Below, one piece after another: positions 1 through 9,002 of a DNA stretch of 64,000 nt; positions within the stretch are counted from its first letter, which is position 1, and every line of letters starts with the position of its first letter. Made by a program: the position numbers and the translations under genes. The notes beneath the pieces were generated by a model. That model saw nothing but the letters and a program-made list of their open reading frames with translations, had not been told where the DNA came from and searched no databases. The DNA is from a virus (Duplodnaviria > Caudoviricetes), in the IMG/VR virus record IMGVR_UViG_3300033553_000052, positions 1,205-65,204 of that record; one strand, given 5' to 3'.

Positions 1-774
1 GGAGATTGCACACATGAAGACGACGTGCGCTTGCCGTTTACTATGGCGGACATAAACGATCACCTGAACAAGCAAAAAACATTCGGACATTACCTTCTTG
101 ACATGGAAGACAAATGCAAACTATTTGCCTTCGATGTTGACCTCGAACAGAACCGACCCCCCACCCCTGGCGAGCCGGAGGGGTTCACGGGAACGTGGTG
201 CGAGCTGCCGGATATCAATTCCCTTTCGGACGACGCAACAGACAATGATTACCAAGCCGCAGTTAAGTACCATTCATTCGACGCGCGCGAAGCGTGGCTC
301 GATAGGGGCAACCCCGGACGTGGATGGCTGAAGTATCAACTGCGCGTGATGGCCGAGAAGCTTTCTCGTACCATCAAGGAAGAGTTTGATCTCCCCGTAG
401 CCTGTGCTTACTCCGGCTCCAAGGGCATCCATGTGTATGGGTTTACCGGAACGGTCCCCGCGCGAGAAGCGCGCGAAGCCGCTGAACTTGTATTAAACCT
501 GCTCGGCGAATTTGAGCTGTACAGGGGCAGTAACTTCTTTAGAACTATAGACCAGACTCCACTAAAGGGGTTTCCCAACTTATCCATTGAAGTGTTTCCA
601 AAGCAGGTTACACTAGACGGTAAGGACTTAGGGAATCTCATGAGATTACCACTAGGGAGAAACATGAAGACACAGGACCCGACATTCTTCTTGGATCAGC
701 GCGCGCCGATGGGCCAGCTGGTTCCTCACCCGGACCCGGTTTCACTTCTTGAGAACGGTTCCCCCTGGTCGTGA
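1..774 (+). CDS. AEP-superfamily primase-polymerase (5'-truncated by window edge)
   Basis: AEP motifs FDVD, SGSKGIHVY and GNLMRLPLG; frame is open back to base 1. Confidence 0.8.
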   Translation, partial: GDCTHEDDVRLPFTMADINDHLNKQKTFGHYLLDMEDKCKLFAFDVDLEQNRPPTPGEPEGFTGTWCELPDINSLSDDATDNDYQAAVKYHSFDAREAWLDRGNPGRGWLKYQLRVMAEKLSRTIKEEFDLPVACAYSGSKGIHVYGFTGTVPAREAREAAELVLNLLGEFELYRGSNFFRTIDQTPLKGFPNLSIEVFPKQVTLDGKDLGNLMRLPLGRNMKTQDPTFFLDQRAPMGQLVPHPDPVSLLENGSPWS

Positions 775-2771
775 CGGATCCAATCTCACTCAGCGACAGG
801 CTAGAGGCTGCTCGCGCTAAGGTTAATAGCGCACCACAGCCGCCTACTATCCCCACGGCCCCGGTCCCACCGAAGGTCAAGTCAGCTCCCGTCTCGTTCA
901 TGGCAGAACAAAAGCCAGAGGGTGACGCGGAACTTGACCGGCTCATCGAGAGCCTAGACATCATCGACACCTACAACAAGTATGCGAACAAGGGCAAGGT
1001 AGCGGCTAACGGTAAGGTCGAGGGCATTATGGTGTCCTGCCCGAACCCATCTCACCCTGACAGAAACCCTAGCGCCTGGATCAATACAGAAAAGCAAACT
1101 TGGTTCTGCCCTGGATGCGCCGAAGGTGGAGACAAGTTTGACATCGCCGCTTGGCACTTTGGTATGCCGGTTCCCGGCTACAAGGTAGGAAAGAACTTTC
1201 ACGACCTACGGAGAAGGATAGCAGAGGACAATGGATTCACATTCCAAAGGACACTCGCCGGAAACATCACAATCCCGCCAAGTCCAGCACCTCCAGAAGT
1301 TCCTACTGCCGCTGTACTCCCTACGGCTGTACAGCCCACGCCACCGACGACAACGTTTGACGAAGACGGAAAGAAGCTTACGCTTGTTCGCGAGTCTGAC
1401 CCGATCGTTCCGCCAGTAACCGAGCTTCCTGTTGGGCCACTTGCCTCACTTGAAGAAGCCGAGGACATAGAACTTAAGTGGCGCGAGATTGTTCCAGAGA
1501 ATACGTTCCTAAGCACATGGATGGCACAGACAACAATTGACGACGTACCTGAAGAATATCACTTCTGGAACGGGCTACTCGCAATCAGTATGTCGCTTGG
1601 TCGTGACGTTACACTGAAGGACTTCCGTCCGGTGTACGGGAATCTTTTTATCTGTATCCTAGGGCGTACGGGTTCTGGAAAGTCAAAGGCGAAATACTAC
1701 CTTGACAGCCTCATGGAACGCGCGCTTCCGTATGAAGCGAGCAACCCATTCAGTAAGGGCGTACTTCGTGTATCCGGCCTTGCGTCAGCAGAGGCGCTAA
1801 TCTGGATGTTCCAGAAGGAGATCGAAGACCCTACCGCACCAAGGGGAAGTAGTCCAGACCTGTTTCCCGTTCGTGGCATCGTTGACTATAGCGAGTTATC
1901 GAGCATGGTTGGAAGGACACAGAGGGCAGGTAACGTTTTGGTACCGACGCTCATGCAGTTCTACGACATGGAGAATACGGTAGAGACGGTCTCACGCACG
2001 CACGGCATCGAGAAGGCAGTCCAGCCGTACGCATGTGCCGTGACGACTAGCCAGCCCAAGTCACTGCGCGGACTACTGACGACTACCGATGCTGATTCTG
2101 GATTCCTTAACAGGTGGTTCTTTGTCGTCGGCAAGGAGAAGAGGCGCTTAGCAATCGGCGGCGTTCAGGTTGACGTCACGCCAGCAATCAAGCCACTTGC
2201 AGATATCCAAGGCTGGGCAAGCATGGCCGGTGGAATAGACTGGAGTCAGGAAGCACAAGACAGGTTCACAACCTTCTTCCACAATGAACTACAGCCGACC
2301 ATGCGGGAGGACGAGACGAACCTGCTAAACAGGATGGACCTGTTATGCAAGAAACTTATCCTACTGTTCACGGCGAACATGAAGAGCAAATCAGTTCCGG
2401 TAGAAGCCGTTGACCAGATGATGAAGGTTTATCCATACCTACGGGAGTGCTATGGTATTCCTGGAGCGCACGTTGGAAGCACACTACAGAACGAAGTCAG
2501 GGAATCTATACTGAAAGTAGTAGTAGATCACCAGACCAAGACTGGCAAGGGAGCAACCAACAGGGACATCACACGCAGACTAGCCCGCCGAAAGTATCAG
2601 CTAGATCTGTACAACAGAACCATGAAGTACATGATCGAGATCGAAGAGTTAATCATAATGCCAAGTGACAAGGGTGCCGGACGCCCAACCGTAAGATACG
2701 GTGTCGAAGATCTTTCTGAATGGAAGACCAATAAACCAGCAGACGCCTCAAGCAAGGCGGCTACAGCATGA
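771..2771 (+). CDS. DNA primase/helicase: CHC2-like zinc finger + DUF3987-like P-loop NTPase
   Basis: CPNPSHPDRNPS...WFCPGC zinc finger; Pro-rich linker; Walker A GRTGSGKS; DSGFLNRW motif; GTGA overlap with prim-pol. Confidence 0.75.
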   Translation: MTDPISLSDRLEAARAKVNSAPQPPTIPTAPVPPKVKSAPVSFMAEQKPEGDAELDRLIESLDIIDTYNKYANKGKVAANGKVEGIMVSCPNPSHPDRNPSAWINTEKQTWFCPGCAEGGDKFDIAAWHFGMPVPGYKVGKNFHDLRRRIAEDNGFTFQRTLAGNITIPPSPAPPEVPTAAVLPTAVQPTPPTTTFDEDGKKLTLVRESDPIVPPVTELPVGPLASLEEAEDIELKWREIVPENTFLSTWMAQTTIDDVPEEYHFWNGLLAISMSLGRDVTLKDFRPVYGNLFICILGRTGSGKSKAKYYLDSLMERALPYEASNPFSKGVLRVSGLASAEALIWMFQKEIEDPTAPRGSSPDLFPVRGIVDYSELSSMVGRTQRAGNVLVPTLMQFYDMENTVETVSRTHGIEKAVQPYACAVTTSQPKSLRGLLTTTDADSGFLNRWFFVVGKEKRRLAIGGVQVDVTPAIKPLADIQGWASMAGGIDWSQEAQDRFTTFFHNELQPTMREDETNLLNRMDLLCKKLILLFTANMKSKSVPVEAVDQMMKVYPYLRECYGIPGAHVGSTLQNEVRESILKVVVDHQTKTGKGATNRDITRRLARRKYQLDLYNRTMKYMIEIEELIIMPSDKGAGRPTVRYGVEDLSEWKTNKPADASSKAATA

Positions 2772-3088
2772 GTATCATCCAGCCTTACAACAGCAACCCC
2801 GTTCTGCCTAACTGGCTTGCCGAAGAGATCGTTAACGAGATCACCGACCCCAAGTATCAGAACCGTACCCACGGAACACGCTCGTGCCACAACGCGGGAT
2901 GCACCGGGCCACTGTGCAAGAAGTTCAACAAGGACAGACAGCGCGAGTGGTACAGAAAGCAAAACCCCCTGAAGGCCCACCCTCGTCCGGGTTCCAAAGA
3001 TCCAGCACTAGATAAGTTCCTTGACGAGGTTATTGCCGTCCATGTCACGGAGCGTCGCGCACGCACAGCACTAAGGCCCACAGGTTGA
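2768..3088 (+). CDS. hypothetical protein with HGT-x4-GC-x4-C metal-binding motif
   Basis: HGTRSCHNAGCTGPLC motif seen in small actinophage proteins; ATGA coupling. Confidence 0.7.
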   Translation: MSIIQPYNSNPVLPNWLAEEIVNEITDPKYQNRTHGTRSCHNAGCTGPLCKKFNKDRQREWYRKQNPLKAHPRPGSKDPALDKFLDEVIAVHVTERRARTALRPTG

Positions 3089-3089
3089 G

Positions 3090-3221
3090 ATGAAGACCTT
3101 CTTGATTCTTTTGATCGTACTATTTGGGCTAATACGAATTAACAACGACGACGCCTGCGAGTTATGCGGCGAAAGTACTGATGGCGACGCGCTATGTAAC
3201 AAGTGCGCCAATATCCTATAG
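3090..3221 (+). CDS. 43-aa membrane-anchored CxxC protein (not in ORF track)
   Basis: MKTFLILLIVLFGLIRINNDDACELCGESTDGDALCNKCANIL*; starts 1 nt after previous stop. Confidence 0.5.
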   Translation: MKTFLILLIVLFGLIRINNDDACELCGESTDGDALCNKCANIL

Positions 3222-3232
3222 ACAAAGAGAAT

Positions 3233-3280
3233 CAGGCCGGTACTAAGCGTGCGGACGCTAGTACCGGCCTGACCTCTTTA
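3233..3280. terminator. likely bidirectional terminator at convergence point
   Basis: CAGGCCGGTACTA...TAGTACCGGCCTG inverted repeat between convergent transcription units. Confidence 0.7.
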
Positions 3281-3612
3281 TACTCCAGGTTACGCGATGC
3301 CCTCGTGTGTCCCGTTTCAGAATACCAGCATAACTCACAATGCGAGCTCAGCCGCTTTGGGCAGCATGTGTGGCGGGAGGAACAAGCAAGAACTTCCCGA
3401 TACTGCACAATGCACCCGCGATGAGTTGATACTAGCCGGGGCGATAGCCTCAAGCGATCACCTGAAGTACTTGTTACCAGTGGTAGGGGACCGGCAACGT
3501 GCCGAGCCTACCACCGCGTACCCCCTGGGGCAAACGCCACGCCACCGCCACGCCACACTTCGACACGGCGCGAGCGTCGGTTCACCCCAGGGTTACAGCT
3601 GAGTTACTTGAT
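3280..3612 (-). ncRNA. candidate ~330-nt pseudoknotted structured RNA (RNA-A)
   Basis: At least 7 helices of 7-14 bp whose non-WC pairs are G.U only on the minus strand; no credible CDS; lies between a leftward operon and a terminator. Confidence 0.6.
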
Positions 3613-3621
3613 CTGAATTAA

Positions 3622-3819
3622 CTATGTAATACCGTTAGACTTCCTAGTGAGCGCCAGCATACAAGGCCCACACATTTCGCCTTCGTTCTCGCTACTGAAC
3701 CAGCCGGGGTCTGCGTCCTCGTGATTAGGTGACGGCCACAGGTTGTCGATCAGAACGATAGGGTTATATACCTTGGCGTCTTCAGGCTTGACCGTAAAAC
3801 AGAAGTCACACTTCTTCAT
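3622..3819 (-). CDS. small zinc-finger-like hypothetical protein
   Basis: MKKCDFC...MCGPC; start 3819 preferred (GAGG RBS). Confidence 0.65.
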   Translation of the reverse strand: MKKCDFCFTVKPEDAKVYNPIVLIDNLWPSPNHEDADPGWFSSENEGEMCGPCMLALTRKSNGIT

Positions 3820-4087
3820 GGGTCTCTTCCTTTGTGGCAGTCGCCGGGGCAACGAGGGCGTTGAGCATTCCCCATGCTGTCACGGTGGGCATATAGCGCT
3901 CGTCATCAATAACCGGGCCATTCGCCTCGTGCCAGTGCATCTCTGAACATATGCGATCCATCGCGTCAGTCTCGGGGCCGGCGAGTATGGCGGCGATCTT
4001 CTTTGCGGCCTCGTCGGCATCCTGATCAAAGTGGCCTCTAAAGTGGCGCAGATACTCAGCCGCTTCTTCTAACGCATCCTTAGTCAT
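3806..4087 (-). CDS. hypothetical protein
   Basis: Tightly packed leftward operon; AGGAGG RBS. Confidence 0.7.
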   Translation of the reverse strand: MTKDALEEAAEYLRHFRGHFDQDADEAAKKIAAILAGPETDAMDRICSEMHWHEANGPVIDDERYMPTVTAWGMLNALVAPATATKEETHEEV

Positions 4088-4299
4088 CGGTTCCTCCTAA
4101 CGTTGCGCCTAGCATGATCGTATGCCACATTGAGGCTTGCGTCTTTAATGTCGGCAACACTACTACCACTGCCGCCGGTTGTAAACAGTTCGAAGAACTC
4201 TGCTAGTTGCTCATCTGTTAGGTGGGTGATCTCTAGTTCGATAGCCGCACGCAGTATCTGCCGTCTAACTACCGTCTCGGGCTCTGGCTTATTACTCAC
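4084..4299 (-). CDS. hypothetical protein
   Basis: 4-nt overlaps with both neighbours. Confidence 0.7.
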   Translation of the reverse strand: MSNKPEPETVVRRQILRAAIELEITHLTDEQLAEFFELFTTGGSGSSVADIKDASLNVAYDHARRNVRRNR

Positions 4300-4526
4300 A
4301 GTAGTTCCCTTTTCCTTTCGCCTGACTCAACCATCCAGACTTCGTAGACACCGGCGCCAACTACCAGACTCTTCACTTCCCACAACTTACCGTTCTTGAT
4401 TGTCATGTTGTGAAGGAACATGGCCCGCGCCATCTTGGTGTTCACTCGCTTCGCCTTGTTGGTCGCGGCAAGCTCGAACATTAATATCCCGGCTTCCTTC
4501 TCCATGCGCTGGTCTTCTGCTTTCAT
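4296..4526 (-). CDS. hypothetical protein
   Basis: ATGA overlap; AGGAG RBS. Confidence 0.7.
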   Translation of the reverse strand: MKAEDQRMEKEAGILMFELAATNKAKRVNTKMARAMFLHNMTIKNGKLWEVKSLVVGAGVYEVWMVESGERKRELL

Positions 4527-4870
4527 TCTTGGTCTCCTAGCCTCTCGTGCCAGATTGTATGGGCCTGTTTATAAGATGCCTCGACTAACATAGAGCAGAC
4601 TCCACAGCGATGAATAGAGCTCCAGGCAGAGTTTAAGCCGTCCACGCGGGCAAAGAAGATTGTCAGCTCGTTATGTGTGTACGTGTTGAGGCTTCCGGCA
4701 ATCGGGCCTGACTTATGCTTCGGCCTAACCGGCTCCGGCTTCTTGGGACAGAGGTGGAGTGTGTTTTCTATCGTCCACCCGTTTGCCAACGCCACCTCTA
4801 GAGATGCCGCCCAAGCGAGACAGCCCGGCGCGTCGCAATAGACACGCTCGCTACCCACGAACTTACTCAT
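4523..4870 (-). CDS. Cys/His-rich hypothetical protein
   Basis: CDAPGC...HLCP and CGVC...H..WH motifs; start at 4870 overlaps upstream stop. Confidence 0.65.
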   Translation of the reverse strand: MSKFVGSERVYCDAPGCLAWAASLEVALANGWTIENTLHLCPKKPEPVRPKHKSGPIAGSLNTYTHNELTIFFARVDGLNSAWSSIHRCGVCSMLVEASYKQAHTIWHERLGDQE

Positions 4871-5060
4871 AGCAGTACGGGTGTTTCCGGTTGTGAACCT
4901 TGCCACCTATGTCGTGACCGGAGTGAGTTAACGGTTCTCCGCATGCTCGGCACATGTGCTGACCTAGATCGCACCTAGTACACAACTCATACATGCGCTT
5001 GCCGTTGTGCTCCGGCATGATAGTACTGGCTGTGATGTACCGCTTCTCTTCGTCAGGCAT
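4863..5060 (-). CDS. small zinc-finger-like hypothetical protein
   Basis: CTRC...CRAC...H motifs; coupled to neighbours. Confidence 0.65.
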   Translation of the reverse strand: MPDEEKRYITASTIMPEHNGKRMYELCTRCDLGQHMCRACGEPLTHSGHDIGGKVHNRKHPYCYE

Positions 5061-5464
5061 CAGTACTCCATCTTCCAGTCGTACGTCTCGCCGCCGATGA
5101 ATGTCTTGTGTGATCCGCTGTGACCGTTACCCATATTACAGATCCAACCCTTGCGGGGATTAAGCATCCCGCATGATGTCGTCGCGGCAGTCGCAGGAAA
5201 GGGTGGACGCTCGGCTGTGTAACGTGTCGCCATATCGACCGGCCCGTTCTTCATTGCCCACGATACTGCGTCGCATGCTTCAACCCACACGTCGCCGAAG
5301 ATACCACTGTCGATAAGTTCCTGCGCTCGCTTGCTGTAGTAAATTAGAACCGAGTTGCCTTCGCGAGCTCCTTCCCACTCTTTCTTCATCGTGTCACTAG
5401 CGGAGTTGTCAATCAGGAACAAGATCTCCGCAAGCTTACTCCGTAACGTTTCAGCATCTATCAT
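5060..5464 (-). CDS. hypothetical protein
   Basis: C-terminal C...C...GHSGSH motif; coupled starts/stops. Confidence 0.7.
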   Translation of the reverse strand: MIDAETLRSKLAEILFLIDNSASDTMKKEWEGAREGNSVLIYYSKRAQELIDSGIFGDVWVEACDAVSWAMKNGPVDMATRYTAERPPFPATAATTSCGMLNPRKGWICNMGNGHSGSHKTFIGGETYDWKMEY

Positions 5465-5742
5465 AGCCGCACCGCCCTGCGCAGGTCAGTTGCGAACGTG
5501 AGTACCCACGACGCTATATCAGCTGCCCTTTTAATTACAGCCTGCTCCGCCGCAGTCTCCAATGCACTAGCCTTCATGTCAGCCGCAAACAAATCCCACA
5601 GATGAGATTGTTCTTTCATGGAAACAGTTTTACTAGCCGCTAGCCACGCCAGTCTCACTTCGTTCTCAGTTGGTGTCGCTGGGTGCTTAGATGTGGTGTG
5701 TACCTTAAGCCAAGTTTTGTTTTGTGTTTCGTGATCAGTCAC
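5461..5742 (-). CDS. hypothetical protein, first gene of leftward operon
   Basis: Immediately downstream of the promoter at 5791-5819. Confidence 0.65.
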   Translation of the reverse strand: MTDHETQNKTWLKVHTTSKHPATPTENEVRLAWLAASKTVSMKEQSHLWDLFAADMKASALETAAEQAVIKRAADIASWVLTFATDLRRAVRL

Positions 5743-5790
5743 GTCATGCCCCTATCTGCTTGTTCTTCTTGCGTCCGCACGTACCCGTGT

Positions 5791-5819
5791 AGCATACCAC
5801 GCGCGTACCCCCGTGTCAA
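5791..5819 (-). promoter_or_regulatory. sigma70/HrdB-type promoter for leftward operon
   Basis: TTGACA-17nt-TATGCT with extended -10 TG. Confidence 0.8.
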
Positions 5820-5914
5820 GGCGGGATCTCTACGCACGCGTACTGGCGGCCATGTGTAGTCACACACAAGAACATACTTTCATATTTCTAAAACCGACTG
5901 CATTCTAAAGGTAT

Positions 5915-6380
5915 TGTGTCAACTGGGAAAACCCGCCAGCAAGCCAAAACAGTGACGTATTGTTGACGATACCGTTGACGAAATTATTTGGAGCATAAGC
6001 CCTGGTAGATGTCACAATGGGGCGCCGACGATGGCCCGAAAATGGATTTCGTCATCGCCAAAGCCAAAGTTTGGAAAAGCGTCTGTATTGTTTTGATGAG
6101 TCTGGCTGTATGACGAACCAGGTGCTTTTCTGTGGGGGGACACTAACTTCGGTACGTCGGCGTTGACACATAGAGAAATACTATATATGTTCTTATACTA
6201 TCTCTATATCTACTAGGTACTATACACATAATAATATCGTCAACGGTTATGGCAACAATACGGCAACGATACGTCAACGGACTTACTAGGATGATGACGA
6301 TACACGACGACTTCCCTATGGATGCCACTCGTGGGAACGTACAGGGGGGACGGGACATTCAAGACTTCGGTTGACATAAC
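5915..6380. other. candidate replication origin / control region
   Basis: Repeated GTTGAC/GTCAAC motifs; 28-bp imperfect inverted repeat 5954-5981/6237-6264; AT-rich tract ~6170-6238; between divergent operons. Confidence 0.5.
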
Positions 6381-7023
6381 GACTGTGACACTACGCATTT
6401 GGTAGCAGATCACGTAGCGATCGACTTTGCAAAAGAAGAGTCTTGAAAAATTTGATATGTACCGAGGCGTGGAAGAGGGAAGCGGGGGCCGGGGGGTCCG
6501 GATTTTATTGAACCTTTACCATTCTTTGCCAAACCTTTAATTCCCCGTTGGTGCCGATAATGAACGCTATCGGCACAATTACGCAACGCGGGCATTGCGT
6601 AATTCGATCTTTTGTTGCGACTCGCGACATATGTTTGCATGCCGCGCCTAGTAGGACAGGACCGGGCGAGCACGCTCCAGCGCGCGCCACGTCACGCCGC
6701 GCGCCGATATCGCGCGTACGGGCCTCCCGTGTGCCTCCTGGTGTGATCGTGCCCGGAAAACATTCCATGCCAGTACGCGGCAACCTAGCGCCTCTTGGTA
6801 AAAGTTTGACAAGTCGGGTAAAGGTTTGGTATTTGGGGTAGACACGCCTCCCCGGAAGTGATAGTCTTTGGTTATAACAAAATATAGACGCTAGGGAATT
6901 GACGCGGACGCCTCGCTCAGGCGGGGACGCATGTTCTCGGTTAGTCTGTTTTGTTATATCGCACGAAATTTTTACGGCACGACAAGACAGGTGTACTCTC
7001 ACTCTAGTAACGGAGGCTTGGTC

Positions 7024-7164
7024 ATGGTAACGGCAGGTGAGCTCTCACGAGCAATCATTGAAGCGTGCTTTATGGGGAACCCGCGAGGGCTCTCGCCAGA
7101 CCAGGTCTCCGTTCTAATCGCGGAGCACTTGGTAATCTTCGAACAGGAGGGCTCTCATGCCTAG
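7024..7164 (+). CDS. small hypothetical protein
   Basis: GGAGG RBS before ATG 7024 (shorter than track ORF 6931). Confidence 0.55.
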   Translation: MVTAGELSRAIIEACFMGNPRGLSPDQVSVLIAEHLVIFEQEGSHA

Positions 7165-7405
7165 TATCAGCACACATCTCGACCAGGACCTGGCTAACGG
7201 CCAGGCTGTACAGGTGCACTCTCAGGTAACGCTCGACGGCGCGACTGGAGTAGTAGTGCGCATGCGAGGAGCGCTAGGCTGGTTCCTGTATTTCGATCAG
7301 GAGAGCTCTAGTAAGTGTGGAGAGGTGGCTCGGTGTTTCGACACAAAGGCTGACCTCGACGACCACATGAGGCTCTGGCTAGCGCGAGGCACGTTCGACA
7401 TCTAA
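7157..7405 (+). CDS. hypothetical protein
   Basis: RBS in repeat AACAGGAGGGCTCTCA (7142-7157). Confidence 0.7.
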   Translation: MPSISTHLDQDLANGQAVQVHSQVTLDGATGVVVRMRGALGWFLYFDQESSSKCGEVARCFDTKADLDDHMRLWLARGTFDI

Positions 7406-7420
7406 CAGGAGGGCTCTCAA

Positions 7421-7564
7421 ATGAGGATTCACATGTGCGGGCCGTGGTCTATTCCTGACGGCCATGGCGGGCGAGTGTGTAGCGCGTGCGGGACTCCGGT
7501 CCCGGTACTGGCTAACACGAGGCGCGAAACGATGACGGGGAAGGCTCCGTCTCGACCATTCTAG
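7421..7564 (+). CDS. 47-aa Cys-containing protein (not in ORF track)
   Basis: MRIHMCGPW...VCSACG...SRPF*; preceded by second copy of AACAGGAGGGCTCTCA (7404-7419). Confidence 0.6.
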   Translation: MRIHMCGPWSIPDGHGGRVCSACGTPVPVLANTRRETMTGKAPSRPF

Positions 7565-7573
7565 AAATAGGAC

Positions 7574-7602
7574 TTGACGCGCTAGTCTAGACATGCTAGG
7601 CT
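7574..7602 (+). promoter_or_regulatory. cassette promoter
   Basis: TTGACG-17-TAGGCT, extended -10 TG, followed by AACTAGGGAGG RBS. Confidence 0.75.
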
Positions 7603-7629
7603 AGGCTCAACGAACTAGGGAGGCGCATC

Positions 7630-7821
7630 ATGCGCAAGGGCTGGAAGAGTAACGCTGTCGGCGGCGTCTATACGCGGACGATGGCTGGGGCTGACTATGA
7701 GGTCATGTATGTCGGCGCGGGCCAGTGGGATGTCATTAATGATGTCTACACAATTTTCGCTAGTTTCGACTCGGCTGACGCGGGTATGCTAGCGGCGGAA
7801 CGCCACGCGGCGCAAAACTAG
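7630..7821 (+). CDS. small early hypothetical protein
   Basis: Own promoter and RBS. Confidence 0.75.
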   Translation: MRKGWKSNAVGGVYTRTMAGADYEVMYVGAGQWDVINDVYTIFASFDSADAGMLAAERHAAQN

Positions 7822-7863
7822 GACTTGACAACGACTAGCGGGCATGATAGGCTAGTACCAACG
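7820..7863 (+). repeat. 44-bp direct repeat copy 1 containing promoter TTGACA(7825)-17-TAGGCT(7848)
   Basis: AGGACTTGACAACGACTAGCGGGCATGATAGGCTAGTACCAACG, identical at 8108-8151. Confidence 0.9.
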
Positions 7864-7889
7864 GAACAACGAAAACTAGGGAGCGAGAA

Positions 7890-8102
7890 ATGTTCAAGGT
7901 ACGCGTGACATGGGAGGGCGAGGTGCTGTTCGAGCGCGACCTCGAGAGTGAGATTCTAGCGGCGGCGCTGTATGACAGCACTGTCTCGGACTATCGGCGC
8001 CGCGATGACGACGTGAGCGAGGGCGTGAGCGTGTCACTGATCGACACCGAGAGCGATAACGTCCGCGCCGAAGGGACCTTCGCTGGAGGGCGATTCTTCT
8101 AG
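7890..8102 (+). CDS. small acidic early hypothetical protein
   Basis: Flanked by the two 44-bp repeats; AACTAGGGAG RBS. Confidence 0.75.
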   Translation: MFKVRVTWEGEVLFERDLESEILAAALYDSTVSDYRRRDDDVSEGVSVSLIDTESDNVRAEGTFAGGRFF

Positions 8103-8107
8103 AAAAC

Positions 8108-8151
8108 AGGACTTGACAACGACTAGCGGGCATGATAGGCTAGTACCAACG
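8108..8151 (+). repeat. 44-bp direct repeat copy 2 containing promoter TTGACA(8113)-17-TAGGCT(8136)
   Basis: Identical to 7820-7863. Confidence 0.9.
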
Positions 8152-8176
8152 AACAAACGAAACTAGGGAGCATGAA

Positions 8177-8401
8177 ATGGCAAGGGTGAGCAAGGTCAGG
8201 ACTGACAAGGTTCGCGTGGGAGACTTCTACATGGAGCACTTCGTGAACGGGTACGGGTCTGGCGCACAGGGAGAGGTGATCTCCGTCACACAGACGCGGT
8301 GGAATGCCACCATGAAAGAGGGGCTGTTTGTCATCATGCTCAAGGGAGGGCTCCCTGTCGATGCAATGGGAGGCAACCTCGTCTGGGTGGAGCGCGACTG
8401 A
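8177..8401 (+). CDS. small early hypothetical protein
   Basis: AACTAGGGAG RBS after promoter repeat. Confidence 0.75.
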   Translation: MARVSKVRTDKVRVGDFYMEHFVNGYGSGAQGEVISVTQTRWNATMKEGLFVIMLKGGLPVDAMGGNLVWVERD

Positions 8402-8628
8402 TGGCGACACGCGGCACGAGCCGAGCGTATATCGACGCAGGCGAGCACGAACAGGAGAAGGCGCGCCGAGCCTATAGCGAGGCAGACTGGGCGCGCTGGG
8501 CGGCAGGCGAGGCATACGCGAACGGCAACGATCTCGAGGGTATCGCGTACGGGAGGCTGGCTCTCCAGTACACAATCGAGGGCAACCTCCACCACGAGCG
8601 GCACCGTAAAGTGCAGGCAAAGGGCTAG
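8401..8628 (+). CDS. small hypothetical protein (MATRGTS...)
   Basis: TGATG coupling to upstream gene; start 8401 preferred over track start 8299. Confidence 0.65.
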   Translation: MATRGTSRAYIDAGEHEQEKARRAYSEADWARWAAGEAYANGNDLEGIAYGRLALQYTIEGNLHHERHRKVQAKG

Positions 8629-8656
8629 TAAAGTTTGGTTAATCTAGGCAGTCGCC

Positions 8657-8685
8657 TTGACTTCCTAGGTCAGCCATGCTAGACT
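8657..8685 (+). promoter_or_regulatory. cassette promoter
   Basis: TTGACT-17-TAGACT, extended -10 TG. Confidence 0.7.
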
Positions 8686-8773
8686 AGAAACACAGCGGGA
8701 CGAAAACTAGACAGGCTCCATACGCGGACGCGCCTCTCCGGAGACGACGCAGGAATCTATCGAGGTCAGAATG

Positions 8774-8802
8774 TTGACAAGTCGCGCTAGGTGTGATAGA
8801 CT
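8774..8802 (+). promoter_or_regulatory. cassette promoter
   Basis: TTGACA-17-TAGACT, extended -10 TG. Confidence 0.8.
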
Positions 8803-8837
8803 AGTAACAACAGCACAAACTAGGGAAGAAGGGTATC

Positions 8838-8972
8838 ATGTACGAGACCTGCGTCGCATGTGGCGAGCCGGTAGACTACTGCCAGGGCGGGCACGGAGCA
8901 CCGTGTGAGTCCTGCAACGGGTACGAGCGCGGCCACGAGGCAGACTGCCCCGAGGCGAAGGTCAAGGGCTAG
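8838..8972 (+). CDS. 44-aa Cys/His-rich protein (not in ORF track)
   Basis: MYETCVACGEPVDYCQGGHGAPCESCNGYERGHEADCPEAKVKG*; downstream of promoter 8774. Confidence 0.65.
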   Translation: MYETCVACGEPVDYCQGGHGAPCESCNGYERGHEADCPEAKVKG

Positions 8973-9002
8973 TAAAGCCCTAGCAAATTCTTGACAAGTG
9001 AG

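Noticed and set aside
3203-3602. ORFs 3203-3424, 3232-3453 and 3297-3602
   Set aside because: They cross or lie beyond a terminator and lack an RBS; the region is better explained by minus-strand RNA structure
6143-7002. ORFs in the divergent control region
   Set aside because: No RBS, mutually overlapping on both strands, no protein-like motifs
7820-8151. CRISPR-like or IS-type repeats
   Set aside because: The repeats contain promoter boxes and bracket an ORF; only two identical copies, and no transposase
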